Below, piece after piece: positions 1-10,657 of a stretch of DNA of 64,000 nucleotides (positions are counted from its first letter, which is position 1; each line of letters starts with the position of its first letter). The stretch is taken from positions 288,001 through 352,000 of the forward strand of contig CAVSGO010000006.1 of the NCBI GenBank assembly GCA_963727525.1, written 5' to 3'. The translations under genes were made by a program, and so were the position numbers. Below the pieces are notes generated by a model, which was not told where the DNA came from, did no database searches, and worked only from the letters and a program-made list of their open reading frames with translations. This stretch comes from an uncultured bacterium. Its GTDB lineage: Bacteria > Krumholzibacteriota > Krumholzibacteriia > LZORAL124-64-63.

Positions 1-1
1 C

Positions 2-796
2 ATGCTCGAGGTGGCCGCCGCCCTCGACGCCGCCTGCCGAGATGGCGTGCTGCCGCAACGTCCCGCCGTGGTGAACCTGCAGTGCGACCTCGACCACCCC
101 ACACAGACGCTGGCCGATCTCCTGCATCTGGTGCACGAGTTCGGATCGCTCGAAAACCTGCGGGGCAAGACGTTGGCCATGACCTGGGCCTACTCTGCGA
201 GCTACGGCAAGCCGCTGTCCGTACCCCAGGGCATCCTGGGCCTTATGACGCGCCTGGGCATGGACGTGGTGCTGGCCGCCCCGCCCGGCTACGACCTGGT
301 TCCCGACGTGGTGACGCAGGCGGCGCAGCAGGCGACAGAGAGCGGCGGCCGGTTGCGGCGGGCCGACAGCATGGCCGAGGCGTTCGCGGGCGCGGACATC
401 GTCTACCCCAAGAGCTGGGCGCCCTATCGCGTGATGGAGCTGCGCACGGCGCTGCTGCGTGCGCGCGACCAGGCGGGCCTGGCCGAGCTGGAACGCGCCT
501 GCCTCGCGCAGAACGCCGAGTACGCCGACTGGGAGTGCACCCGCGACCTCATGGATCGTACCCAGGGCGGCGCCGCGCTCTACCTGCACTGCCTGCCCGC
601 CGACATCACGGAGGTGTCGTGCGCACGCGGCGAGGTGGCGGCCGACGTATTCGAGAAGTACCGCGATCCGCTCTACCGCCAGGCGAGTTTCAAGCCCTAC
701 GTGATCGCCGCCATGATCCTCTGTAGCCGCTTCCGCGACCCGGCCGGCCTGCTGCGCGCGCTGGCCGGGCGTGCGGCGCCGCGTCTGATGGGATAG
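2..796 (+). CDS. ygeW: YgeW-like carbamoyltransferase (aspartate/ornithine carbamoyltransferase family), 5'-truncated by the window edge
   Basis: Motifs NLQCDLDHPTQ, TWAYSASYGKPLSVPQG, YPKSW, YLHCLPAD; directly upstream of ygfK. Confidence 0.9.
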   Translation: MLEVAAALDAACRDGVLPQRPAVVNLQCDLDHPTQTLADLLHLVHEFGSLENLRGKTLAMTWAYSASYGKPLSVPQGILGLMTRLGMDVVLAAPPGYDLVPDVVTQAAQQATESGGRLRRADSMAEAFAGADIVYPKSWAPYRVMELRTALLRARDQAGLAELERACLAQNAEYADWECTRDLMDRTQGGAALYLHCLPADITEVSCARGEVAADVFEKYRDPLYRQASFKPYVIAAMILCSRFRDPAGLLRALAGRAAPRLMG

Positions 797-800
797 GCCG

Positions 801-3800
801 ATGAACGCCGAGATACGCCCGCAAGAGTTCCGTCCTCTCGATTTCGATCGCCTGCTCGACTGGTGGCTGCGCGAGCGGAGGACGCGGGGGACGGTCTTTG
901 GCCTGCACGAGGATCTCTTTCGCCTTCGCTTGCGCGGCCGAGGCTACGCACTGCGCCGACGCGGCTGTCTGTGCGAGACACCGGTGGGCGTGGCCGCGGG
1001 ACCTCATACCCAGCTTGCCCAGAATATCGTCGCCGCCTGGCTCTGCGGGGCACGCGTACTCGAGCTGAAGACGGTGCAGGCGAGCGACGCGTTGACGATC
1101 GCGCGGCCATGCATCGACATGACCGACGAGGGCTACAACTGCGAGTGGTCGCAGGAACTGCCTCTGGACACGAGCCTCGCCCAGTATGTCGACGCCTGGA
1201 CGCTCATCCGCCTACTCCAGCACGAGGCGGGCGGCTACGACGCTGCCGAGCCGGGCTTCCTCTTCGACCTCAGCGTGGGCTACGACCTGGCCGGCATCAC
1301 GAGCGCCCCCATGCAGCGTTTCCTCGACCGCCTGGACGACGTGCGCGGCGAGGTGGCCCACCGGCTGGCCCTGGCCCGGCCGCGATTGCCCTGGCGATTC
1401 GACATCGCGTTGCCCCGCGCACTGACGCCGAGCGTCACCCTGTCGACGATGCACGGCTGTCCGCCGGAAGAAATCGAGCGTATCGGTCGCCACCTCATCG
1501 AGGAACGCGGCCTGGCCACCACGATCAAGCTGAATCCCACGTTGCTCGGAGCCGAGGCCGTGCGCGAGCTGCTGGGCGCGCGCCTTGGCTACACGGTCGA
1601 CGTGCCCGACGACGTCTTCGCCAACGACCTCGACCTCACGGCCGCCGTGGCGGTGATCGACGCGCTCGCCGCCAGCGCGCGGCGGCGCGGCGTGGAGTTC
1701 GGCGTGAAGCTCACGAATACCCTGGCCTGCCGCAATCGGCGCGGCGTATTGCCGGCCTCGGAGTCCATGGTATATCTCAGCGGCCGCGCGTTGCACCCGG
1801 TGGCGGTGCACGCGGCCCTCGCGCTGCAGGAAGCGTGCGGCGGCGCGCTCGACGTGTCGTTCGCGGGTGGCGTGGACAGCCGCAACGTCGCCCGGGTCCT
1901 GGCCTGCGGCCTGCGGCCGGCCACCGCGTGCAGCGATCTGCTGCGCCCGGGCGGCTACCAGCGCCTCCACCAGTACCTGGACACGATCGAGGCGGCAATG
2001 ACGGCCGTCGGTGCGGGCGATCTCGACGCTCTCGTCAACGCCACGTCCGGCGAGCCCACGCGTCCGCTGCCCACGGCGATGCTGGCGAACCTGCGCGCCT
2101 ATGCTCGCGAGGTCGTCGAAGACCCCGCCTACCAGCGCGCCACCTATCCCGACCGCACGATCAAGACCGACCGCGCACTCACCGACTTCGACTGCATCGA
2201 GGCGCCGTGCCGGCACACGTGCCCGGCCCACCAGGATGCGCCCGAGTACCTGCACCACGTGGCGGCGGGCGACGACGACGCGGCGCTGGCCGTGGTGCTG
2301 CGCCACAACCCGCTGCCCACCGTCACGGGGATGGTCTGCGACCGGCCGTGCGAGCAACGGTGCACGCGCGTGCATTACGACGCGGTGGTGGGGATCCGCG
2401 ACGTGAAGCGCTACCTCGCCCACCGCGGGGCCGCCTTGCCGGACGCGCGCTGTGCGGCGCCGAACGGCCGGCGGGTGGCCGTGATCGGCGCCGGCCCGGC
2501 GGGGCTCGCCTGTGCCGACGCGCTCGTGGCCGCGGGTGTGTCCGTCACCGTCTTCGAAGCCCGGGCCGCGGCGGGCGGCATGGTGGCGGGCGCGATCCCG
2601 GCCTTCCGGTTGCGCGACAACGACCTGGCGCGCGATCTGCAGCGTCTCGTGGCCGCTGGGGTCGATCTGCGCTGCGGCGAATTCATCGCTGCCGCTCACC
2701 TGGACGAGTTGCGACGCACGTACGACGCGGTCTTCGTGGGCGTGGGCGCCCAGGGCGACCGGCCGCTCGGCGTTCCCGGCGAGGACCGACCGGGCGTGGT
2801 GCCGGCCCTGCACTTCCTGCGCGCCGCGCGGCGCGGCGAGACGCTGCCGACCGGCGAGAGCGTCGTGGTGATCGGCGGAGGCAACACGGCGATGGATGCC
2901 GCGCGCACCGCGGTGCGGTTGGTCGGCGGCGCCGGCGTGCGCCTTGTATATCGCCGGACACGCGCCGAGATGCCGGCCGCGCGCGAGGAATTGCAGGCCA
3001 TCGTCGACGAGGGCGTCACCATCCTCGCGTTGCTTGCGCCCATGGCCATTGCCGGCCGCGACGATGGTCGCCTCGACCTCACCTGCCGGCCGCAGCGCCT
3101 TGGCGCCCCCGACGCCTCGGGACGGCCGCGTCCGGAACCGACCGATGAACCACCCGTGACGCTGGTCTGCGACGTGGTCGTGCCCGCGGTGGGGCAGGTC
3201 GTGACGGGTGACCTGGTGCCGAATGATCGGCTCGGAGGCGGGGGCGAGGTCGCCGTCTACTGGGGTGGTGACGCGCGACGCGGCCCGGCCACCATCGTCG
3301 ATGCGATCGCCGACGGCCGCCTGGCCGCGGCCGCGATGCTGGACACGTTCCGTCAGGTGGCCATGCCACCGGCGGATCCGACACCACGGCACCTCTCGCT
3401 CGCGGCATGGCAGGACCGCGCCGCGCGCCTCGTGCCGCCGCAACGTGCCGCCGTGCGCATCGATGCCGGCCGGGGCGACTTCACGCTGGTCACGGGTGAA
3501 CTCACGACCGCGCAGGCGCGCGCGGAGGCTGCCCGCTGCCTCGACTGCGGCGAGCGCTGCGACGTGTGCGTGTCTGTATGTCCCAACCGCGCCAACCTCG
3601 GCTACGACGTGCGGCCCGTGCGCTGGCCGCTGCTGCGCATCGCGCGCCGCGGCGAAGGGTTCGACCTCGTGCCCGACGGCACGTTCGTGGTGACGCAGAC
3701 GCATCAGACGTACCACGTGGTCGACTTCTGCAATCTCTGCGGCAATTGCACCACGTTCTGCCCCACGGATGGCGCACCGTTTCGCGACAAGCCGCGCTTC

Positions 3801-4112
3801 GCGATGCACGCGGCCACATACCGCGAGGGCGACGACATCCACCTGCTCACGCGCCACGGGCAGGAGGGGCTACGGATCCGTCACCTCCGGGGTGACACGG
3901 AGACCACCCTGACGCAGCGCGGCGACACGCTCGTGTACGCCACCGCCGACGTGCGAGTGGAACTGAACGCCAGCACCTTCGCCGTACAGCGTACGATGTT
4001 ACTGGCCGGCGCGGGCGAGGACGTCGATCTGCGACCCGCCGCGCGCCTGGCGGTGCTGTTGCGGGCGCTCGCGGCATCGCCCGTGGCCGTGCCAACCGAT
4101 GAATCGTTGTAG
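801..4112 (+). CDS. ygfK: YgfK-like flavin/Fe-S oxidoreductase ('putative selenate reductase subunit')
   Basis: N-terminal TPVGVAAGPHTQLAQNI and TLSTMHGCPPEEIERI; GltD-like core (GAGPAG, GGGNTAMD); ferredoxin motifs CDVCVSVCPNRAN and CNLCGNCTTFCP. Confidence 0.92.
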   Translation: MNAEIRPQEFRPLDFDRLLDWWLRERRTRGTVFGLHEDLFRLRLRGRGYALRRRGCLCETPVGVAAGPHTQLAQNIVAAWLCGARVLELKTVQASDALTIARPCIDMTDEGYNCEWSQELPLDTSLAQYVDAWTLIRLLQHEAGGYDAAEPGFLFDLSVGYDLAGITSAPMQRFLDRLDDVRGEVAHRLALARPRLPWRFDIALPRALTPSVTLSTMHGCPPEEIERIGRHLIEERGLATTIKLNPTLLGAEAVRELLGARLGYTVDVPDDVFANDLDLTAAVAVIDALAASARRRGVEFGVKLTNTLACRNRRGVLPASESMVYLSGRALHPVAVHAALALQEACGGALDVSFAGGVDSRNVARVLACGLRPATACSDLLRPGGYQRLHQYLDTIEAAMTAVGAGDLDALVNATSGEPTRPLPTAMLANLRAYAREVVEDPAYQRATYPDRTIKTDRALTDFDCIEAPCRHTCPAHQDAPEYLHHVAAGDDDAALAVVLRHNPLPTVTGMVCDRPCEQRCTRVHYDAVVGIRDVKRYLAHRGAALPDARCAAPNGRRVAVIGAGPAGLACADALVAAGVSVTVFEARAAAGGMVAGAIPAFRLRDNDLARDLQRLVAAGVDLRCGEFIAAAHLDELRRTYDAVFVGVGAQGDRPLGVPGEDRPGVVPALHFLRAARRGETLPTGESVVVIGGGNTAMDAARTAVRLVGGAGVRLVYRRTRAEMPAAREELQAIVDEGVTILALLAPMAIAGRDDGRLDLTCRPQRLGAPDASGRPRPEPTDEPPVTLVCDVVVPAVGQVVTGDLVPNDRLGGGGEVAVYWGGDARRGPATIVDAIADGRLAAAAMLDTFRQVAMPPADPTPRHLSLAAWQDRAARLVPPQRAAVRIDAGRGDFTLVTGELTTAQARAEAARCLDCGERCDVCVSVCPNRANLGYDVRPVRWPLLRIARRGEGFDLVPDGTFVVTQTHQTYHVVDFCNLCGNCTTFCPTDGAPFRDKPRFAMHAATYREGDDIHLLTRHGQEGLRIRHLRGDTETTLTQRGDTLVYATADVRVELNASTFAVQRTMLLAGAGEDVDLRPAARLAVLLRALAASPVAVPTDESL

Positions 4113-4140
4113 CGAAGAGACATTGTCGCGACGAGAGGCT

Positions 4141-5325
4141 GTGACCGTGGCGCGCTTCGCCTTCAATCCATACCGCCAGGATCTCCCGCGCTGGGAGGCG
4201 CCGGATCTGGGGTTCACCGCGCTCATCCGTGAGCGCGCAGCCCTCGCGCTGCACCGCGCGTTGCCGGGCTACGCGCCCACGCCGCTGGTCCGCGCGCCCG
4301 CCGCGGCGGCGGCGGCCGGCGTGGGCGAGGTGCTAGTGAAGGACGAGTCGGGGCGCTTCGGCATCGACGCCTTCAAGGGGCTGGGTGCGAGCTTCGCCAT
4401 GTACACGGTGCTGCGTCGGCGCTGGGCCGACCTCACCGGCGACGACCTGGAGCCCACGGCGTTCCGCGATCCCACCGTGCGCGCGCGGCTGGGCGCCGTC
4501 ACCTTCACCGCCGCCACCGACGGCAACCACGGTCGCGCCGTGGCCTGGACCGCACGCATGCTCGGCCAGCGCGCCGTCATCTTCATGCCCACGTGCACGG
4601 CGGCCGCGCGGATCGCCCATATCGAGCGCGAGGGCGCCACCGTGCATCTCCTGCCGGGCACCTTCGATGACTGTGTCACGACCTGCGCGCGCACCGCCGC
4701 GGCCGAGGGATGGCAGGTGATCGCCGACACCGCCTATCCCGGTAACATGGACCTTCCGGGCTTCATCATGGCCGGCTACGGCACCATCTTTGCCGAGATC
4801 GCCGATGCCGGCGGATTCGACGTGGACGCGATCTTCCTGCCCGCCGGAGTGGGCGGTCTGGCGGCGGCCGGCGCCGTCTCGTGCGTGCAGCAGCGCGGTG
4901 CCGCGCGTCCGCGGCTGGTATGTGTGGAACCGCTGTCGTCGGCCTGCTTCCTCGAGTCGATCGAGCGCGGCGGTGGCGCATCCGAAGCCGCCACGGGCGA
5001 TCAGCAGTCGATCATGGTGGGATTGTGCTGCGGTGTGCCCTCGCTCCTGGCCTGGCCCGTGGTGCGCGACACGATGGACCTTTTTCTCGCCATCGAAGAC
5101 GAACCTGCCCGCGACGCCATGCGGGTGTATCATCGCGACGGCATCATCTCTGGCGAGTCGGGGGCGGCGGCGCTGGCGGGTCTGCTCGCCCTGCAAGAGC
5201 GAGGCGACCTGGCGCCGGCGCGTGCGCGCCTCGGACTCGGCCCCGGCAGCCGCGTACTCGTGATCAACACCGAGGGTGCCACGGATCCGCAGTACCACCA
5301 GCGCGTGATCGCGGAGGCGATATGA
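4141..5325 (+). CDS. dpaL: Diaminopropionate ammonia-lyase (PLP fold II)
   Basis: VKDESGRFGIDAFKGLGAS, ATDGNHGRAVAW, GESGAA; GTG start after GAGAGG chosen over the track start at 4099. Confidence 0.88.
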   Translation: MTVARFAFNPYRQDLPRWEAPDLGFTALIRERAALALHRALPGYAPTPLVRAPAAAAAAGVGEVLVKDESGRFGIDAFKGLGASFAMYTVLRRRWADLTGDDLEPTAFRDPTVRARLGAVTFTAATDGNHGRAVAWTARMLGQRAVIFMPTCTAAARIAHIEREGATVHLLPGTFDDCVTTCARTAAAEGWQVIADTAYPGNMDLPGFIMAGYGTIFAEIADAGGFDVDAIFLPAGVGGLAAAGAVSCVQQRGAARPRLVCVEPLSSACFLESIERGGGASEAATGDQQSIMVGLCCGVPSLLAWPVVRDTMDLFLAIEDEPARDAMRVYHRDGIISGESGAAALAGLLALQERGDLAPARARLGLGPGSRVLVINTEGATDPQYHQRVIAEAI

Positions 5326-7889
5326 GCGACGTGCGCTTCACACTCAACGGGGAGACGGTCGTCGACACGGGCGATCCGTCACGCAGCCTGCTGGCGTACC
5401 TGCGCGAGGAGCGCGGCCTCACCGCCGCCAAGGACGGTTGCAGCGGCGAGGGCACGTGCCGCGCGTGCACGGTGGAGATCGGCGGCCGCGCGAAGCTCGC
5501 CTGCCTCACCGCCATGCGGACCCTCGACGGACGCGAGGTGACCACCGTCGAGGGGCTCCCGGCCGCAGTGCGTGACATCATCGCCCACGCGTTCGTGCGC
5601 CATGGCGCCGTGCAGTGCGGTTTCTGCACGCCGGGCTACCTGGCCCACACGCGCGTGCTACTGGCGCAGAACCCGCGGCCATCGCGAGCCGACGTCGTGG
5701 CCGCGCTGCGTCACCACGTGTGCCGCTGCACGGGCTACCACGCCGTCGTTGATGCCGTGCTCACGGCCGCCGCGATCCTGCGCGGCGAGCAGGCGTTGGC
5801 CGCACCGGGGTCGCCCGGTGTCGGCCGCGACCTGCCCAAGTACCGGGCCCACGACCGCGCCCGCGGCGCGGTGGCCTTCGTCGACGACCTGCGCGTGCCG
5901 GGGTTGCTGCATGGCGCGCTGCGCTTCAGTGACCACCCGCGCGCCCGGATCACGCGCCTGGACACCGCCCGCGCCGCGGTCATGCCCGGCGTGGTGCGCA
6001 TTTTCACCGCCGCCGACGTGCCAGGCCAGCGTCATACCGGCCTGATCATCGCCGACTGGCCGCTCCTGGTCGCCGAGGGCGAGACCACCCGCTACATCGG
6101 CGACGCGCTGGCGCTCGTGGTGGCCGGCACCGCGGCGCGGGCGCGCGCGGCCGCGGCCGGCATCGATGTCGCCTACACCGTGCTACCGCCGCTCACGGAT
6201 CCCGAGCAGGCGCTTGCCAGCCCGATCCACGTGCACGCGGGGGGCAATCTGCTCGAGGAGAGCCACATCCAGCGTGGGGGCGATGTCGATGCCGCCCTGG
6301 CCGCGTCTACCTTCACCGCGCGCGGTACCTTCACCACGCAGCGCATCGAGCACGCCTTCCTCGAGCCCGAGGCGTGCCTGTCCGAGCCGGCGCCCGAGGG
6401 AGGCGTGGTGGTGCACTCGAGCGGCCAGGGCGTGTACGTGGATCGCACGCAGATCGCGTCGCTGCTCGACCTGCCGCGCGAGCGCGTGAGGGTGAACCAG
6501 GTATCCAGCGGTGGCGCCTTCGGCGGCAAGGAAGACCTCTCCGTGCAGGGACACGCCGCGCTTGCGGCGCACGTGCTGCAGCGGCCGGTCAAGGTGACGC
6601 TGTCGCGCGGCGAATCGATCCGCATGCACCCCAAGCGCCACCCGCTGCGCATGACCTACACTTTGGGTTGCGATGCGCGGGGGCGGCTCACCGCGCTGCG
6701 CGCCGACATCCTCGGCGACACCGGCGCCTACGCTTCCGTGGGCGGCAAGGTCCTCGAGCGCGCGGGCGGGCACGCTACCGGCGCCTACCACGTGCCGTGC
6801 GTCGACGTGGTCGCGCGCGCCGTGTACACCAACAACCTGCCTTGCGGGGCCATGCGCGGCTTCGGTGTGAACCAGGTGACGTTCGCCATGGAGAGCTGCC
6901 TTGACGACCTGTGCGCGCAGGGCGGCTTCGACCGCTGGCAGATCCGCTACGACAACGCGCTCACGGCCGGGTGCATGACGGCCACGGGGCAGGTGCTGCA
7001 CGATGGCGTCGGCGTGCGCGACACCCTTCTGGCCGTGAAGGATGCCTACGATCGCGCCGCCTGCTGCGGCCTCGCCTGCGGCATCAAGAACTGCGGCATC
7101 GGCAACGGCATGGCTGACTGGTGCGAGGTGGCCATCGACGTCGCGGCGCCCGACCGCGTGGTCGTGCGCCATGGCTGGACGGAGATGGGCCAGGGCGTGC
7201 ACACCGTGGCGCAGCAGGTCGTGGCGCAGGAGACGGGCCTCGATCCGGCGCACATCGACGTGGTCGTGTCCACGGCCGACGGCGCCGAGGCCGGCATGAC
7301 CACCTCCAGCCGCGGCACCTCCCTCGTGGGCAACGCCCTCCTGCCCGCGGCCCGCGACCTGGCGCGCGATCTCGCGGCCCACCCGCTGGCCGACCTCGTG
7401 GGGCGCACGTACCGCGGCCGCTGGAGCTTCGATCGCTCCACCGCGCCCGGAGCCCAGGGCGAGGTCGTCACGCACTACTCTTATAGCTACGCCACGCAGC
7501 TCGTGGAACTCGACGCGCAGGGCGCCATCGCCCGCGTGATCGCCGCCCACGACGCGGGGCGCATCATCAACCCGGCGCTATTCCAGGGCCAGATCCAGGG
7601 CTCCGTGCACATGGGGCTGGGCTACGCGCTGAGCGAGGCGCTGCCGCAGACCGACGGCGGCCTGCCACCGCTGCGGCTGCGTGACCTCGGGCTGCTGCCG
7701 ATGGACCGCACACCACCCATCGCGGTGATCGGTGTCGAGGTGGCCGACCCGCTCGGCCCCTACGGCGCCAAGGGCGTGGGTGAAGTGGGGCTCGTACCCA
7801 CGGCGGCGGCCGTGGCCGGTGCGCTGCGCGCGTTCGATGGTCGGCAGCGCACACGCCTGCCCCTGGACCCGGCGGAGGCGCGGTCATGA
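5322..7889 (+). CDS. xdh: Selenium-dependent xanthine dehydrogenase-type molybdoenzyme (two 2Fe-2S domains plus Moco-binding domain, no FAD domain)
   Basis: GCSGEGTCRAC, QCGFCTPG, CRCTGY, GGAFGGKE, GAMRGFG, GAKGVGE; ATG overlaps the dpaL stop (ATGA) after GGAGG; about 855 aa. Confidence 0.88.
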   Translation: MSDVRFTLNGETVVDTGDPSRSLLAYLREERGLTAAKDGCSGEGTCRACTVEIGGRAKLACLTAMRTLDGREVTTVEGLPAAVRDIIAHAFVRHGAVQCGFCTPGYLAHTRVLLAQNPRPSRADVVAALRHHVCRCTGYHAVVDAVLTAAAILRGEQALAAPGSPGVGRDLPKYRAHDRARGAVAFVDDLRVPGLLHGALRFSDHPRARITRLDTARAAVMPGVVRIFTAADVPGQRHTGLIIADWPLLVAEGETTRYIGDALALVVAGTAARARAAAAGIDVAYTVLPPLTDPEQALASPIHVHAGGNLLEESHIQRGGDVDAALAASTFTARGTFTTQRIEHAFLEPEACLSEPAPEGGVVVHSSGQGVYVDRTQIASLLDLPRERVRVNQVSSGGAFGGKEDLSVQGHAALAAHVLQRPVKVTLSRGESIRMHPKRHPLRMTYTLGCDARGRLTALRADILGDTGAYASVGGKVLERAGGHATGAYHVPCVDVVARAVYTNNLPCGAMRGFGVNQVTFAMESCLDDLCAQGGFDRWQIRYDNALTAGCMTATGQVLHDGVGVRDTLLAVKDAYDRAACCGLACGIKNCGIGNGMADWCEVAIDVAAPDRVVVRHGWTEMGQGVHTVAQQVVAQETGLDPAHIDVVVSTADGAEAGMTTSSRGTSLVGNALLPAARDLARDLAAHPLADLVGRTYRGRWSFDRSTAPGAQGEVVTHYSYSYATQLVELDAQGAIARVIAAHDAGRIINPALFQGQIQGSVHMGLGYALSEALPQTDGGLPPLRLRDLGLLPMDRTPPIAVIGVEVADPLGPYGAKGVGEVGLVPTAAAVAGALRAFDGRQRTRLPLDPAEARS

Positions 7890-9160
7890 GCCTGTACCTG
7901 CGCGACGTCACCTTCTGGGATCGCCACGTCGGCACGCTGCACCGCGGCGGACTGGTGGTGGAGTCGGGTCCGGGCGGACGTTTGCGCCCCACGCACGAGC
8001 TGCCTACCGGGGACGACACGGTGCTCGACTGCGCCGGCAAGCTGGCCATGCCGGCCTTCACGTGCGCCCACCATCACGTGTACTCGGCCCTCGCCCGCGG
8101 TATGCCGGTGCCGCCACGGCCACCGCGCACCTTCGCGGAGATCCTCGAGCTGGTGTGGTGGCGGCTCGATCGCAGCCTCGACCGCGACATGGTGCGCGCC
8201 AGCGCCCAGGCGGCGGCCATCGACTGCGTGCGCTGCGGCGTCACGCGCGTGATCGACCACCACAGCTCGCCGCACGCGGTGCCGGGCGTACTGGGCACGA
8301 TCGCATCGGCCCTCGAGGAGGCGGGCATGACCCACGTGCTCTGCCTCGAGCTGAGCGACCGCGATGGTCCCGCCACCGTGGAGGCCGGCCTGGCCGAGAC
8401 CGACACCTATCTCGCGAGCGGCCGACCGGGCCTCGTGGGGCTGCACGCGTCGTTCACCGTGGACGACGACCTCCTGCGCCGCGCCGTGGACCTCGCCCGC
8501 AAGTACGACACGGGCCTGCACCTGCACGCGGCGGAGGCACCCCTCGACGAGGACCGCTGTCTCGCGGAGCACGGCGTGCGCGTGGCCACGCGCCTGGCCG
8601 AGGCCGGCGCGCTCGCGCTGCCGGGCACCCTGCTCGCACACGGGCTGCACCTCGATGCGACCGAACGGGAACTCGTGCGCGCATCCGGCGCCTGGGTGGT
8701 CCAGAATCCCGAAAGCAACCAGAACAACGGCGTCGGCACGTTTCGCTGGGACGGACTCGATCCCGACCACGTCCTGCTCGGCACCGACGGCCTGCATGGC
8801 GACATGCTGCGCAGCGCACGCGCCGCCTTCCTCGCGGGGCGTGGCGCGGGCGAGAGCGATGCCTCGCTCGCGTGGCGGGCGCTCAGCAACAACGAGCGCT
8901 ACCTCGCCCGGCATCACCCGGTCGCACTGCGGCGCAACGACGTGGTCATCCTCGACTACGCGCCGCCCACCCCGCTTCAGGCGGGCAACCTGATCGCCCA
9001 CGCGTTCTTCGGGCTGGACGCGCGCCAGGTCTGGACCGTGATCGCCGACGGTGGCATCGTGCTGCAGAATGGCGAACTCACCCTCATCGACGAGGCCGAG
9101 ATCCTGCGGGCGTGCCGCGACCAGGCGACGCGTCTGTGGGACCGGCTATCGCGGACGTAG
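7886..9160 (+). CDS. ssnA: SsnA-like amidohydrolase
   Basis: HHHVYSALARG, DHHSSP, GLHASFTV, NPESNQNNGVG, LGTDG; cluster context. Confidence 0.88.
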   Translation: MSLYLRDVTFWDRHVGTLHRGGLVVESGPGGRLRPTHELPTGDDTVLDCAGKLAMPAFTCAHHHVYSALARGMPVPPRPPRTFAEILELVWWRLDRSLDRDMVRASAQAAAIDCVRCGVTRVIDHHSSPHAVPGVLGTIASALEEAGMTHVLCLELSDRDGPATVEAGLAETDTYLASGRPGLVGLHASFTVDDDLLRRAVDLARKYDTGLHLHAAEAPLDEDRCLAEHGVRVATRLAEAGALALPGTLLAHGLHLDATERELVRASGAWVVQNPESNQNNGVGTFRWDGLDPDHVLLGTDGLHGDMLRSARAAFLAGRGAGESDASLAWRALSNNERYLARHHPVALRRNDVVILDYAPPTPLQAGNLIAHAFFGLDARQVWTVIADGGIVLQNGELTLIDEAEILRACRDQATRLWDRLSRT

Positions 9161-9174
9161 CCAGGAGCTGTTCC

Positions 9175-10644
9175 ATGATTCCCATCATCGACACCGTCAC
9201 CGACACCGCCGTCCGCGACCGGGCCGTGCAACGCTACCGCGAGCGCGGCATCGTACTGCCCACGTTCGCCCAGATGCGCGACCCCTCGCGCGTGCCGGCG
9301 AAGATCGCGGCACGCCTGGCCCACGTCGGCCTCGTGGACCGCGACCCCCTCAACCTCTTTCGCATCACCTGGAAGAATGCCCCGCAGGACCACGGCGGCG
9401 GCTTCGGTGGCGTGAATTTCATGGAACTTCCGCCGTCACTCACCGGCGTGCCGGCGCGCATCGTTGCCCTGGTGGGCAAATGGTTCCCCACGGGCGCCCA
9501 CAAGGTGGGAGCGGCCTATGGCTGCCTGGCGCCCAAGATCATCAGCGGCGGCTTCGACCCCACGTATCACAAGGCCGTGTGGCCGTCGACGGGCAATTTC
9601 TGCCGCGGCGGCGCCTTCGACTCGTACCTCATGGATTGTACGGCCGTGGCCATCCTGCCGCAGGAGATGAGCCGAGAACGCTTCCAGTGGCTGGAGGAGA
9701 TCGGCGCGGAGGTCATCGCCACGCCCGGCTGCGAATCGAACGTCAAGGAGATCTACGACAAGTGCTGGGAGCTGAAGCGTACGCGCCCCGACGTCGTGAT
9801 CTTCAATCAGTTCTCCGAGTTCGGCAACGCGGCCTGGCATTACACGGTGACGGGCGCGGCCATCGCCGAGGTGGCGGCGCAGCTTGGCGGCACGCTGGCA
9901 GCTTACGTGTCTGCCACCGGCTCGGCCGGCACCATTGCGGCGGGCGACTACCTGCGAACGCTCGCGCCGCAGCTCCGCGTCGTGGCGAGCGAGGCTCTGC
10001 AGTGCCCGACCCTGCTGAGCAACGGCTTCGGCGGTCACCGCATCGAGGGCATCGGCGACAAGCACGTGCCCTGGATCCACAACGTCCGCAACACCGATGC
10101 CGTGGCGGCCATCGACGACGACGACTGCATGCGTCTGCTGCGCCTCTTCAACGAGCCCACCGGGCAGGCCGAGCTGGCCGCGGCCGGCGTGCCGCGCGAG
10201 ACCATCGCGAGCCTCCCGCTGCTGGGCATCTCGAGCATCGCCAATCTGCTGGCCGCCATCAAGACGGCGCGCTGGTACGAGTTCGGCAGCGACGATCTGA
10301 TCGTCACCGTGGCCACCGATTCCGTCGACCTCTACCAGACGCGCCTCGCCGAGCTGACGGCCGAGCACGGTCCGTACACGCCCGTCCAGGCCGCCCGCGA
10401 TCACGACCGTTGCCTCCTGGGCCAGCGCACCGACGCCTTCAAGGAGCTGACGTATCCCGACCGCAAGGCCATCCACAACCTGAAGTACTACACCTGGATC
10501 GAACAGCAGCAGATGGAACTGGCCGACCTGGAGGCCCTGTGGTGGGACCGCACCATCTGGCCGCGCATCTTCGATCAGCCAGCGCGCTGGGACGAGATGA
10601 TCGCCGAGTTCAACGACCTGACCGGAGTGCTCGCGCGCTTCTGA
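9175..10644 (+). CDS. PLP-dependent fold-type II enzyme (cysteine synthase/TrpB-like), substrate unknown
   Basis: FPTGAHKVGAAY (PLP Lys), WPSTGNFCRGG, ATGSAGT, HRIEGIGDKH; ATG after AGGAG. Confidence 0.8.
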   Translation: MIPIIDTVTDTAVRDRAVQRYRERGIVLPTFAQMRDPSRVPAKIAARLAHVGLVDRDPLNLFRITWKNAPQDHGGGFGGVNFMELPPSLTGVPARIVALVGKWFPTGAHKVGAAYGCLAPKIISGGFDPTYHKAVWPSTGNFCRGGAFDSYLMDCTAVAILPQEMSRERFQWLEEIGAEVIATPGCESNVKEIYDKCWELKRTRPDVVIFNQFSEFGNAAWHYTVTGAAIAEVAAQLGGTLAAYVSATGSAGTIAAGDYLRTLAPQLRVVASEALQCPTLLSNGFGGHRIEGIGDKHVPWIHNVRNTDAVAAIDDDDCMRLLRLFNEPTGQAELAAAGVPRETIASLPLLGISSIANLLAAIKTARWYEFGSDDLIVTVATDSVDLYQTRLAELTAEHGPYTPVQAARDHDRCLLGQRTDAFKELTYPDRKAIHNLKYYTWIEQQQMELADLEALWWDRTIWPRIFDQPARWDEMIAEFNDLTGVLARF

Positions 10645-10657
10645 TGGGGAGGACGGC

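Noticed and set aside
801-7889. Selenocysteine recoding or true selenate reductase function
   Set aside because: Both ORFs are open without in-frame TGA; Se in this Xdh class is a labile cofactor, and the ygfK 'selenate reductase' label does not fit the purine-cluster context
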